Source: an uncultured Chloroflexia bacterium
Lineage (GTDB): Bacteria; Chloroflexota; Limnocylindria; Limnocylindrales; CSP1-4
Direction of reading: 5' to 3'
Assembly (NCBI GenBank): GCA_963828165.1
Contig: CAWHDR010000001.1
Span: 352,001-416,000, forward strand
DNA length: 64,000 bases
The position numbers were made by a program, and so were the translations under genes. This document shows, piece by piece, positions 19,217 through 28,053 of the stretch. Below the pieces are notes generated by a model that was given only the letters and a program-made list of their open reading frames with translations, made no database searches and was not told where the DNA came from. The first letter of the stretch is position 1, and each line of letters begins with the position of its first letter.

Positions 19217-19972
19217 GTGAGCACCCAGCCGCTCGTACTCGTCGCGGACGACGAGCCGCGGATCACGAAACTCGTGTCGATCGCCCTCGGTGAGGAGGGT
19301 TTCCGCGTCGTTACTGCAAACGGCGGCGAGGAGGCACTCCAGAAGGCCGAGGAGGTGCGCCCTGACATCGTTCTCCTGGACATCGTCATGCCGGACCTCG
19401 ACGGCATCGAGGTCATGCGACAGCTACGCGAGCGACGCCCTGTCGCGGTGATCCTGCTGACCGCCAAGGGCTCGACCGCCGACAAGGCCAAGGGCCTCGA
19501 CCTGGGCGCCGACGACTACATCGCCAAGCCCTTCCATCCCGACGAACTGGCCGCCCGCGTCCGGGCCGTCTTGCGCCGCTCGTCCGGCGCCAGCCCGGGA
19601 TCGGGTGTCCTGGCGTTCGACGATATCGAGATCGACCTCGAACGCCGCATGGTCACCCGGAACGGGGAGCTGGTCCAGCTTTCGCGGACCGAATGGCTGC
19701 TCCTCCAGCACCTGGCTGCGAACGCCGGCAAGGTGGTCCTCCACACGGAGCTGCTGACCAAGGTGTGGGGCCCCGAATACCGCGACGACCTCCAGTACCT
19801 CCGAGTCTGGGTGTCGCGCGTCCGCCGCAAGCTGGGGGCGGAGCCCGGGGAGCCCGGGCGGATCAAGACGTTCCAGGGCATCGGGTACCTGCTCGACGTG
19901 GTCCCGCCGGTCGCACCGGAGACGGTGGCGCCGGAGCCGGCCCCGGACGAGCGCTCGGCGATGATCGGCTAG
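19217..19972 (+). CDS. OmpR/KdpE-family response regulator (orphan)
   Basis: VADDE, LLDIVMP, GLDLGADDYIAKPF, winged-helix LLTKVWGPEY..YLRVWVSRVRRKL..IKTFQGIGY; AGGAGG RBS. Confidence 0.95.
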   Translation: MSTQPLVLVADDEPRITKLVSIALGEEGFRVVTANGGEEALQKAEEVRPDIVLLDIVMPDLDGIEVMRQLRERRPVAVILLTAKGSTADKAKGLDLGADDYIAKPFHPDELAARVRAVLRRSSGASPGSGVLAFDDIEIDLERRMVTRNGELVQLSRTEWLLLQHLAANAGKVVLHTELLTKVWGPEYRDDLQYLRVWVSRVRRKLGAEPGEPGRIKTFQGIGYLLDVVPPVAPETVAPEPAPDERSAMIG

Positions 19973-20070
19973 TTCACCGAGCTTCCCCGCTACCGAAGCG
20001 GCGCCCGCGGCGCCGCTTCTTCGCGTTCGACTGCCGGTCCCTGGACGCCCCGGCTGATAGGCTCGGCGCC

Positions 20071-20677
20071 ATGCGCCGCTATGACTCGACGACGAGCCTG
20101 ATCGTCGTCGATGTGCAGAACGACTTCGCCGACCCGGCGGGCAGCCTGGCGGTGGCCGGGGGCGACACCGTGGTGCCGACGATCAACGCGGAGATCGCCA
20201 GGGCGACGGCCGCGGACGGCCTCGTCGTCTTCACCCAGGACTGGCATCCCGAGACTACGCCGCATTTCGCGAAGGACGGCGGCATCTGGCCGGTCCATTG
20301 CGTGGCCGACACGTGGGGCGCCCAGCTCCATCCCGCGTTGCAGACTCCCCATGAGGCGCCACGGGTCCGCAAGGGCGTCAACGGCGAGGATGGCTACTCC
20401 GGGTTCGCCACGCGCGATCCGACGACCGGGCAGGAGACTCCGACCGAGCTCGACTCGTTGCTCCGCGGCCGCGGGATCGGGCGGGTCGTGGTGGTCGGCC
20501 TTGCGACCGACTACTGCGTCAAGGCAACCGCCCTCGATGCCGCACGCCTGGGCTACGAGACGAGCGTGCTGACCGATGCGATCGCGGCCGTCGATCTCAC
20601 CCCTGGCGACGGCGCCCGAGCCATCGACGAGATGATCGCGGCCGGCGTCCGGCCATGGCAAACGCAGGATGCGCTGA
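20071..20677 (+). CDS. pncA: Nicotinamidase/pyrazinamidase; read in frame into the downstream exonuclease in this sequence
   Basis: VDVQNDF, TQDWH, WPVHCV, GYSGF, GLATDYCV; no in-frame stop before 21582, but an out-of-frame TGA at 20675-20677 overlaps ATG 20677. Confidence 0.85.
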
Positions 20678-21582
20678 TGCAGCTCCACCTCGTCGACGCC
20701 ACCTACGAGCTGTTCCGGGCCCACTTCGCCCCCCGTCCGGACGTCATCGGTCGGGACGGGATCGTGCTCTCGGGCGTGTCCGGCCTGTGCGACCAACTGC
20801 TGTACCTGTTGCGCGAGGAGGGGGCCACGCACGTCGGCTGCGCGACCGACCGCGTGATCGAGTCCTTCCGCAACGACCTGTACCCGGGCTACAAGTCGTC
20901 CGCCGGGATGCCGCCGGACCTGCTCGCCCAATTCCCCATCGCGGAAGCCGCGATCGAGGCCCTCGGCGTCGTGCTCTGGCCGATGGTCGAGTTCGAGGCC
21001 GACGATGCCATCGCGGCGGCGGCCGTCCGCTTCGCCGAAGACGAGCGCGTCGAACGGATCCTCGTGTGCACCCCGGACAAGGACATGGCCCAGCTCGTCC
21101 GCGACGAGCGGATCGTGCTGTGGGATCGCCGCCGCGGGATCACCTACGACGACGCCGGCGTCCGGGCCAAGTGGGGCGTGTCCCCGCCCTCGATCCCCGA
21201 CTGGCTGGCGCTGGTGGGCGATTCGTCGGACGGCTACCCGGGCCTGCCCGGCTGGGGGGCGAAAGGGGCGGCCGCGATCCTGGCTCGCTACGGACATTTC
21301 GAGGACATCCCCGAGAAGGCATCGGCCTGGGAGGTGCCGGGGGTCGGGGGCACGCGAGCGGTCGGACTCGCGGCGACCCTGCGCGAGCACTGGGACGAGG
21401 CGCTCCTGTACCGGGATCTCGCGCGACTGCGCACCGCCGCGGATGGCGTCCAGATCCGCCAGCGGGACGCCGACGAGCTGCGCTGGGACGGGGCGCCGCG
21501 CGCCACGTGGGAGGCGTTCTGCGAGGAATGGGGCCTGGACCGGCTCCGGACCCGACCGCACCGCTGGCTCGACGAGGACTGA
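20677..21582 (+). CDS. Stand-alone 5'-3' exonuclease / flap endonuclease (PolI N-terminal-like)
   Basis: LVDATYELFRAHF, FRNDLYPGYKS, EADDAIA, TPDKD, ALVGDSSDGYPGLPGWGAK (H3TH). Confidence 0.9.
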   Translation: MQLHLVDATYELFRAHFAPRPDVIGRDGIVLSGVSGLCDQLLYLLREEGATHVGCATDRVIESFRNDLYPGYKSSAGMPPDLLAQFPIAEAAIEALGVVLWPMVEFEADDAIAAAAVRFAEDERVERILVCTPDKDMAQLVRDERIVLWDRRRGITYDDAGVRAKWGVSPPSIPDWLALVGDSSDGYPGLPGWGAKGAAAILARYGHFEDIPEKASAWEVPGVGGTRAVGLAATLREHWDEALLYRDLARLRTAADGVQIRQRDADELRWDGAPRATWEAFCEEWGLDRLRTRPHRWLDED

Positions 21583-21600
21583 TCGACCACCGACGTTGCT

Positions 21601-21765
21601 CGATTCACTCCCGGTGAAGGTTTACGCGGTCAAGCGCATGACCGGACCGCGATGGGTTCCGGTGTTCACCGCCGGTGAACGATCGACGTCGGAGCCGGCA
21701 CAAACCACCCATTTCGCACCTGGCACGTCATCTACAGCGTGAATTCGTTCACCACCGGAGAATCG
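21601..21765. repeat. Intergenic element with three 15-bp palindromic repeats (REP/MITE-like)
   Basis: TTCACTCCCGGTGAA 21604, TTCACCGCCGGTGAA 21665, TTCACCACCGGAGAA 21748; ends CGATTC...GAATCG are inverted. Confidence 0.6.
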
Positions 21766-21775
21766 ACGCGAATGC

Positions 21776-22618
21776 CTACCTGACGAGGTCGAGTAGCGTC
21801 CCGTGATGGGCGACCGGGGACGCCACGATGCCGCTCGACGCCGGCCCGCGCGCCAGGTCGAACCACGGGCCGCCGTCCATCGCGGTGACTTGGGCACCGC
21901 CCCGCTCGGCGACCAGGCCGGCGGCCGCGATGTCCCACGCCGACAGCCCACCCTGCTGGATGAAGGCGTCGAACCGCCCGTTGCCCACGTACGCGAGCGC
22001 CAGGGCCGCCGAACCCATCGAGCGTGAGATGCGGATCCCCTTGCGAACGGCTCGCGACCGGCCGACGGCACCCCTCCCGCCAAGGGCCATCGAGATCACG
22101 AAGTCGGAGAGCTTGTCCTTCTCGGACGCTGTGATCGCGTGGCTGGGTGACCCGAGCGCGGCCGCCAGGAGGGCCGGCCCGTCGGCTGTCGCCGCGAAGG
22201 TCTCCCCACGGGTCGGGTCGTGAACCACGCCGACGCTCGGGCGTCCATCCAGGATGAGCCCGATCGAGACGCAGAAGAACGGGATGCCGTTCGCGTAGTT
22301 CACGGTGCCGTCCAGCGGATCGATGATCCAGAGCCGGCCCCGACCCGAGGTGGGCGCCTCCCCGGCGATCGCCCGGTGCTCCCCGCTCTCCTCGGCCAGG
22401 ATCGCGTCGTTAGGGTGGCGCGCACGGATGGCGTCGATGATCAGCTCCTCCGACAGGTGGTCGGCCTCAGTCACGACATCGCGGGCGCTCTTGTGATGGA
22501 TCCGCTCGAGGCGCTCGTAGCGGTCCATCAGCACCTCGCCCGCGCGAGCCGCGAGCGCCAGCCCGAACGCCAGGTCGTCCGCGCTGCCGACGATGCGGTC
22601 GACCGATGCCGGTGTCAC
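21776..22618 (-). CDS. Inositol monophosphatase family protein
   Basis: DVVTEAD, LAEES, WIIDPLDGTVNY, GSAALAL, WDIAAA; GTGA overlap with the upstream gene. Confidence 0.93.
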   Translation of the reverse strand: MTPASVDRIVGSADDLAFGLALAARAGEVLMDRYERLERIHHKSARDVVTEADHLSEELIIDAIRARHPNDAILAEESGEHRAIAGEAPTSGRGRLWIIDPLDGTVNYANGIPFFCVSIGLILDGRPSVGVVHDPTRGETFAATADGPALLAAALGSPSHAITASEKDKLSDFVISMALGGRGAVGRSRAVRKGIRISRSMGSAALALAYVGNGRFDAFIQQGGLSAWDIAAAGLVAERGGAQVTAMDGGPWFDLARGPASSGIVASPVAHHGTLLDLVR

Positions 22619-23214
22619 GGCGTCCGGCACGTGACCGAGAGGTCCCGCGCCTCCGGTCCGAACTCGGTCACGACGGCCGGAAAGCCCAGTGTCTGGCCAG
22701 GCTCGATCCGCGGGCTGAGCACGAACGCACTCCGGCTCACGCCCCGGTCGGCCACGTCGACGATCCGGCATGTCGTCTGGCCGGCCGATGAGCCCTCATT
22801 CTTCACGGTGACGGTGACCGCCAGACCGTCCTCGGTCGGCGTGACCGCCGAGATGCTGGCGGGGAATGGCCCGCTGCCGGCGATCGAGAGGCGCGCGAAG
22901 ACGATCAGGAGGACGATCGCGATCGCCACGGTCACGAACACCGTGCCGTGGACCTGCGACGACGCTGAGTCGCGCAGCCCAAGCGGGTTGCAGCGTTCGC
23001 ACAGGCCGACCCCAGGACCGACGGGCGCGCCGCAGCGCGCACAGGGATGGGTCGCCGCGACCCGTGGTGCGGGCCCGGCCGGTGTCGCGGGCCCGGCCGG
23101 TGTCGCGGGCCCGGGCGGTGTCGCGGGCGCGGTCGGTGTCGCAGGCCCAGTCGGTGGTGCGGGCCCGGCCGGTGTCGCGGGCCCAGTCGGGACGCTCGGG
23201 TTGCTCGGGGTCAC
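22615..23214 (-). CDS. Hypothetical membrane protein with Pro-rich repeats, C4 zinc ribbon, one TM helix and an extracellular beta domain
   Basis: (GPATPA)n, CARC...CERC, TM helix, VTVTVKNEGS. Confidence 0.7.
   Translation of the reverse strand: MTPSNPSVPTGPATPAGPAPPTGPATPTAPATPPGPATPAGPATPAGPAPRVAATHPCARCGAPVGPGVGLCERCNPLGLRDSASSQVHGTVFVTVAIAIVLLIVFARLSIAGSGPFPASISAVTPTEDGLAVTVTVKNEGSSAGQTTCRIVDVADRGVSRSAFVLSPRIEPGQTLGFPAVVTEFGPEARDLSVTCRTP
23069..23190. repeat. Degenerate 18-bp tandem repeat (about 6 copies, GCGGGCCCGGCCGGTGTC) encoding PAGPAT
   Basis: Directly visible tandem units. Confidence 0.85.
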
Positions 23215-23239
23215 CCGGGGATGGTGCCATGAACCGCGG

Positions 23240-24097
23240 TCACCAGCGGCTCGTCGCCTCCACGAGCGCGTCGACATCGTCCGTCGTGCGAGCGAGCACG
23301 ATCGCGCCGTCCGCTCCGGCCGCGTGCCATCGGTCCCAGGTCTCGCGCGGCGCCTCGATCCACGGCGTGTCGCGGATGCTCTCGTCAGACAGCCACTCCC
23401 CCTCGAACCCGACGAGGACGGTCTGGTCCTCGCGTCGCTTGCCCGAGGCCTCGAGCGACTCGAGGTAGAGCGGCAGGTGCTGCTCGAAGTTGTCGTCGAA
23501 CGCCGACCAGCCGTCGCCGATCCGTCCCGCGAGCCGGGCCCCGGCCGCCGTCTCGCCCCCGATGATGATCGGTGGAGGCGGATCCGGCACCGGGAACGCG
23601 ACGGCCTCCTGGAGCGGGTAGAACAGCGACGGTCGAGTGATGGGTCCCCCCGTCCACAGGGCACGGATCACCGCGACGGCCTCCTCGAGCCGGGCCACCC
23701 GCTGGGGGGCAGGCGGGAAATCCATTCCGTACGCGGCGTGCTCCTTCGGGGCGCCGCCGATGCCGATGCCAAGGATCAACCGGCCGCCGCTCGCGATCTG
23801 GAGGGTCGATGCCATCCGCGCCACGAGCGCGGGGTGACGGTTCATGACGTTCATGACGAACGGGCCGACCGTTGCCCGGGTCGTCCCCGCGGCAGCCATC
23901 GACAGGATCGTCCAGGACTCGACCACCGGCACGGTCTGGTCGCCACGACCCATGAAGTGGTCCCAGCACCACAATCCCGCGTAGCCAGCCTCGTCGAGCC
24001 GATGGGCGCTCTCGAGCCACCATTCCGGCTCTCCCCGGATCGAACGGAGGCAGACGCCGATCGGGAGCCGGCCGTCGCCCGTCGCGCTCGTCGCCAT
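23240..24097 (-). CDS. LLM class flavin/F420-dependent oxidoreductase
   Basis: LWCWDHF, RHPALVARMASTLQ.ASGGRLILGIG.G, PPIIIGG. Confidence 0.88.
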   Translation of the reverse strand: MATSATGDGRLPIGVCLRSIRGEPEWWLESAHRLDEAGYAGLWCWDHFMGRGDQTVPVVESWTILSMAAAGTTRATVGPFVMNVMNRHPALVARMASTLQIASGGRLILGIGIGGAPKEHAAYGMDFPPAPQRVARLEEAVAVIRALWTGGPITRPSLFYPLQEAVAFPVPDPPPPIIIGGETAAGARLAGRIGDGWSAFDDNFEQHLPLYLESLEASGKRREDQTVLVGFEGEWLSDESIRDTPWIEAPRETWDRWHAAGADGAIVLARTTDDVDALVEATSRW

Positions 24098-24104
24098 CGA
24101 AGCT

Positions 24105-24953
24105 CTAGAGCCCCGTCTCGAACAGGCGGACGTCCTCGGCGGCCACCGCGTGCCCGTCTCCACGGGTCGGCCCGAGCGCCGCGCCGGCGCCGAGCGCGTC
24201 GAGATCTGCCGGAAAGCGCCCGATGAGGTCGAGCACGACCTTCTGGATCCGCTCGGCGTTGGCCTGGAAGACCTCGAGCACGTCGGTCGCGTTGACCGCC
24301 TCGGTGCCCTCGTGGACACCTGCGTCGTAGTCGGTGATGAGGCTGATGTTGACGACGGCCATCCCGAGCTCACGCGTCAGCCAGGCCTCCGGGTACTGGG
24401 TCATGTTGATGACCTCCCAGCCGGCGTCGCTGAACCACTTCGACTCGCTCTTCGTGGAGAACCTCGGGCCCTGGATGACGACCACGGTCCCCCGGTCGTG
24501 GACCTCGATGCCGTGGTCGCGGATCGTCTCGATCGCCAGGCGGCGCAACGTCGGGTCGTAGGTCTCCGCCGATGAGAGGTGGGTCACGATCGGCCCGTCG
24601 AAGAACGTGTCGGCGCGCCCGCTCGTCCGGTCCACGAACTGGTCGCACACGACGAAGTCGCCGGGCTTGACGCCGAGCTGCAGCGAACCTGCTGCACACG
24701 GCGAGATCGCGGCTTTCACGCCAAGGGCCTTCATCGCCCACACGTTCGCCCGATAGTTGATGCGGTGCGGCGGGATCGTATGCCGCCGGCCGTGGCGAGG
24801 CAGGAACGCGACGCGGCGCCCAGCGACCTCGGCCAGGAAGACCGAATCGGAGGGCGCGCCGTACGGCGTGTCCACCTTGATCTCGCGCACCTCGTCGAGT
24901 AGGGAGTAGAACCCCGAGCCTCCGAAGACGCCGATCTCCGCGGTGTCCGCCAC
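24105..24953 (-). CDS. mtnP: S-methyl-5'-thioadenosine phosphorylase
   Basis: IGVFGGSGFY, FLPRHGRRH, NYRANVWA, IQGPRFST..ES, INMT.YPEA, ITDYD. Confidence 0.93.
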   Translation of the reverse strand: MADTAEIGVFGGSGFYSLLDEVREIKVDTPYGAPSDSVFLAEVAGRRVAFLPRHGRRHTIPPHRINYRANVWAMKALGVKAAISPCAAGSLQLGVKPGDFVVCDQFVDRTSGRADTFFDGPIVTHLSSAETYDPTLRRLAIETIRDHGIEVHDRGTVVVIQGPRFSTKSESKWFSDAGWEVINMTQYPEAWLTRELGMAVVNISLITDYDAGVHEGTEAVNATDVLEVFQANAERIQKVVLDLIGRFPADLDALGAGAALGPTRGDGHAVAAEDVRLFETGL

Positions 24954-25055
24954 GTTCCCTCCTCCATCCATCCCTGATGCGCTTGTGCCCCCTGATTCTA
25001 GGCGGCTCGGACTACGATGGTGCGAGCCGCGCCCCGCGGCCCCAAGGAGCCGCTC

Positions 25056-25470
25056 ATGACCGACGACGCCCCGAGCCCGACGACCCGCATCCCGGTCCCC
25101 GATCCGGCCGCGGATAGCCCGACACAGGGTTGGCCCGGAGCGACGGCGCCAGAGCCCGAGGCAACCGCGGACATCGAGCCGCTGGGCGGGTCCCCCTGGC
25201 GACCCGCCGACCACGCCGGTCCCACCGACCACGCCGGTCCCACCCGTCGCGCCGATCTCGGCCAAGCCGCGACGCGACGACCGCGATCACGGTCGAACGG
25301 CATCGATCCTGTTCGGGCTCGTCGTCCTGGCGCTCGGGCTGTGGTTCTTCGTCGAGCGCACCCTCGGGTACGACCTGCCGGACATCCGCTGGAGCCAGCT
25401 CTGGCCGGCCGTCCTGATCGGCATCGGTCTGTGGGTCGTGCTGGGATCGATGCGCCGCGGATCGCGATGA
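25056..25470 (+). CDS. LiaF/DUF5668-like 2-TM membrane protein, frameshifted (+1) near 25192-25200
   Basis: AAGGAG RBS and ATG 25056; after the shift the next frame reads DPPTTPVPP...ASILFGLVVLALGLWFF..LWPAVLIGIGLWVV and stops at TGA 25468-70, overlapping ATG 25467; not in the ORF track. Confidence 0.7.
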
Positions 25471-26138
25471 CCGACTGGGTCCCGGGCGACGGCTCGGCCG
25501 CCGACCGGCTTTCCCTCGCCGACTGGAGACGACGCGTCTCGACCCTGTATGCGGAGGTGCGGTCGATGGCGGCGACGGACCCCGCGACCGCGCTCGCGCA
25601 CTGGCGCGCCGTCCGCGAGCGGCTGTTCCGGGAGCATCCCCAGTCGCCGATCCCGGTCGCGGCGCGGGCGGGTTTCCGGGCGCTGCATTTCGATCACGAC
25701 CCGCTGCTCCGGTTCCATGCCGTCGTGGAGCCCGCGCCTCCGCCCGTGCCCGGCGCACTCCCGCTCGAGTTGCCCAATAGCGGAGGCGAGAGCCTGTCCT
25801 TCAGCCGGATCGGTCGCGTCCGATTGCCGTTCCCGGACGGGGAGCGGACGCTGTCGGTGTTCTGGATGGCCGGCTATTCGGGTGGGATCTTCATCCCGTT
25901 CCGTGACGCCTCCAATGGCCAGTCGACCTATGGCGCGGGCCGCTACCTGGTCGACGCCGCCAAGGGCGCCGATCTCGGAGCGGCTCCCCTGTCGGATCCC
26001 GCGAACTGGGCGCTCATCCTCGACTTCAATTTCGCGGCGCAGCCGTCGTGCGCGTTCGACCCGCGGTGGGCCTGTCCTCTGGCGCCACCGGAGAACCGCC
26101 TCGACCTGGAGATCCGAGCGGGTGAACGCCTGGCGTAG
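25467..26138 (+). CDS. DUF1684 family protein
   Basis: LADWRRRV..LY, HPQSP, FIPFRDASNG..TYGAGRYL, LDFNFAAQPSCAFD..WACPLAPPENRL. Confidence 0.9.
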   Translation: MTDWVPGDGSAADRLSLADWRRRVSTLYAEVRSMAATDPATALAHWRAVRERLFREHPQSPIPVAARAGFRALHFDHDPLLRFHAVVEPAPPPVPGALPLELPNSGGESLSFSRIGRVRLPFPDGERTLSVFWMAGYSGGIFIPFRDASNGQSTYGAGRYLVDAAKGADLGAAPLSDPANWALILDFNFAAQPSCAFDPRWACPLAPPENRLDLEIRAGERLA

Positions 26139-26243
26139 GCGTCTCTCCGTCGGTCGCACCGGCACGAGTCCGCGCGTCCAGCAGACAAAGGTACCGGCGA
26201 CGGCGGGACCCCCGACACGGGGCCCGCCGGATGGGCCGTGGGC

Positions 26244-27506
26244 ATGATGCCCGTGCATGGCGCCGCCCCTCGGTGGCGCCGTCGCCAATCGTCCCGCCCT
26301 TGGAGTCTCGTGCGCCTCTTTGCCAATCCCCGCCGCCCCATCGACGAGCGCCTGCTGTGGTCGCGTGATACCCGGTTCGTGCACCGGCTCGCGTCGCTCG
26401 TGCCGGATTCACGCGTCCTCGAGCTCGACTCGGGAGCGATCGTGATCTCCCCGGCGAGCGAGTTGACCGAGCTCGTCGCGAGCTCGATCGCCCGGGAGGC
26501 ACGCGCGCCCGAGTACGGCCTCGTCACGATCGATGCCACGCTGCCGGAGGCGGACCGCTACCTGATGGCGCTTTCGGCTGCGGTCCAGATGTCCGGTCTC
26601 GCGGACCGCATCGGGATGGCGCAGACGACCCAGGTCATCCAGACCAAGACCCTCGACTACTTCTTCAGCCTGCGCACGCTCCACACCGTCGCCTTCCAGC
26701 CGATCGTGGAGCTGGCCAGCGGGGAGCTGCACGAATACGAGTGCCTCTTCCGGCCGAACATGCCGATGCTCCCGCAGTCGATCGCGTCGATCGTGCAGGC
26801 GGCCATCGATACGGACCGCTCCATCGAGCTCGACCTGTTCCTCGTGTCCAAGATCCTCGAGCGCGCCGGGCAGCTCGACAAGCGCCGCCGTGCGGACGGT
26901 GGGACGGCCCTGCGCGTGGCCGTCAACGTGACGCCGGCCAGCCTGCTCGACGGGCGCTTCGAGGCGACCGCATTCGCCGCGATGGTTCGCGAGGCCGGGC
27001 TCGATCCGCGCAAGGTCACGCTCGAGTGCACGGAGCAACAGGCCGTCGCCGACGTGCTGCGTCTCCAGCGCGCCGTCCGGGGGCTCCGGCGCGTCGGGTT
27101 CGGGTTCGCGGTCGACGACGCCGGCGCGGGCTATGCCAGCTTCGCCCTGGTCGCCGCGCTGAAACCGACCGTCATCAAGATCGACCGCGACATCGTCGCC
27201 GGATGCGCGCGCGACGACGCCAAGCAGGCGCTCGTTGAAGCGTTCGTGTCGTTCGGACATCGGATCGGAGCGCGCGTGCTGGCCGAGGGCATCGAGCGTC
27301 GATCCGACCTCGCGATGGTGACCGCCCTCGGCGTGGATCTCGGGCAGGGCTTCCTGCTGGGACGACCGGCGGCCGAGCCGGCGCTGCCGCGGAGCATCGA
27401 GAAGCTGCGCCTGCGGGCCGCCCAGCGAGTCGCACGGGTGGCGGCGAGTCACGCCCTGGCCAGCCCGGCGCGGGCAAGCTCCCGAAGCGTTCGCGCCAGC
27501 GACTGA
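26244..27506 (+). CDS. EAL-domain c-di-GMP phosphodiesterase with uncharacterised N-terminal domain
   Basis: FQPIV, ECLFR, AVNV, LECTE, DDAGAGYAS, KIDR, AEGIE, QGFLLGRP; start uncertain. Confidence 0.88.
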   Translation: MMPVHGAAPRWRRRQSSRPWSLVRLFANPRRPIDERLLWSRDTRFVHRLASLVPDSRVLELDSGAIVISPASELTELVASSIAREARAPEYGLVTIDATLPEADRYLMALSAAVQMSGLADRIGMAQTTQVIQTKTLDYFFSLRTLHTVAFQPIVELASGELHEYECLFRPNMPMLPQSIASIVQAAIDTDRSIELDLFLVSKILERAGQLDKRRRADGGTALRVAVNVTPASLLDGRFEATAFAAMVREAGLDPRKVTLECTEQQAVADVLRLQRAVRGLRRVGFGFAVDDAGAGYASFALVAALKPTVIKIDRDIVAGCARDDAKQALVEAFVSFGHRIGARVLAEGIERRSDLAMVTALGVDLGQGFLLGRPAAEPALPRSIEKLRLRAAQRVARVAASHALASPARASSRSVRASD

Positions 27507-27567
27507 GCGATGACCCGAGGTCGGGCGGCCCGGGACGGTACCGACGCGTCCGCGTACCATCGGGGTC

Positions 27568-28038
27568 ATGGCGACCCCCACAAGCCCGACGAGTACGACT
27601 GACCCGAGGGCCCCGACCGGCACACCGCTTCCCGAACGCGTGCGTGCCTTCCTCGCGGAGACCCGGTTCGTGACCATCGCGACGGTCGATCCCGATGGCG
27701 GGCCGCGCCAGGCCGTCATCTGGTACCGGCTCGATGGAGACGTGATCGTCCTCAACAGCAAAGTCGGGCGACGCTGGCCCTCGAACCTCATGCGTGACTC
27801 GCGCATCTCGATGGCTGTGCACGACCAGGCCGATGGCTACCGCTGGGTCGGCCTGACCGGGAGGGGCACGATCGTGGACGACCAGCCGACCGCGCAAGCG
27901 GACATCGCGGAGATGGCTCGCCGGTACCACGCGGACGAGCCGGAGGAGGCCGAACGACTCGTACGCGACCGGTTCGAGCGGCAAGAACGCGTGAGCTTCC
28001 GGATCTCGATCGACGCCATCCACGATCATCTCGACTGA
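27568..28038 (+). CDS. PPOX class F420-dependent oxidoreductase
   Basis: TIATVDPDGGP, IWY, NL.RD.RIS, YRWV.L.G, ERVSFRI. Confidence 0.88.
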   Translation: MATPTSPTSTTDPRAPTGTPLPERVRAFLAETRFVTIATVDPDGGPRQAVIWYRLDGDVIVLNSKVGRRWPSNLMRDSRISMAVHDQADGYRWVGLTGRGTIVDDQPTAQADIAEMARRYHADEPEEAERLVRDRFERQERVSFRISIDAIHDHLD

Positions 28039-28053
28039 CCCGGACGCCTATCG

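Noticed and set aside
21604-21762. Possible mini CRISPR array
   Set aside because: Repeats are only 15 bp and degenerate, spacers are unequal (46 and 68 bp), and there are no cas genes
25017-26138. 373-aa ORF as a single long DUF1684 protein
   Set aside because: Artefact of the frameshift in the upstream membrane gene; DUF1684 starts at ATG 25467
26139-26243. Possible c-di-GMP riboswitch upstream of the EAL gene
   Set aside because: No recognisable GEMM consensus elements
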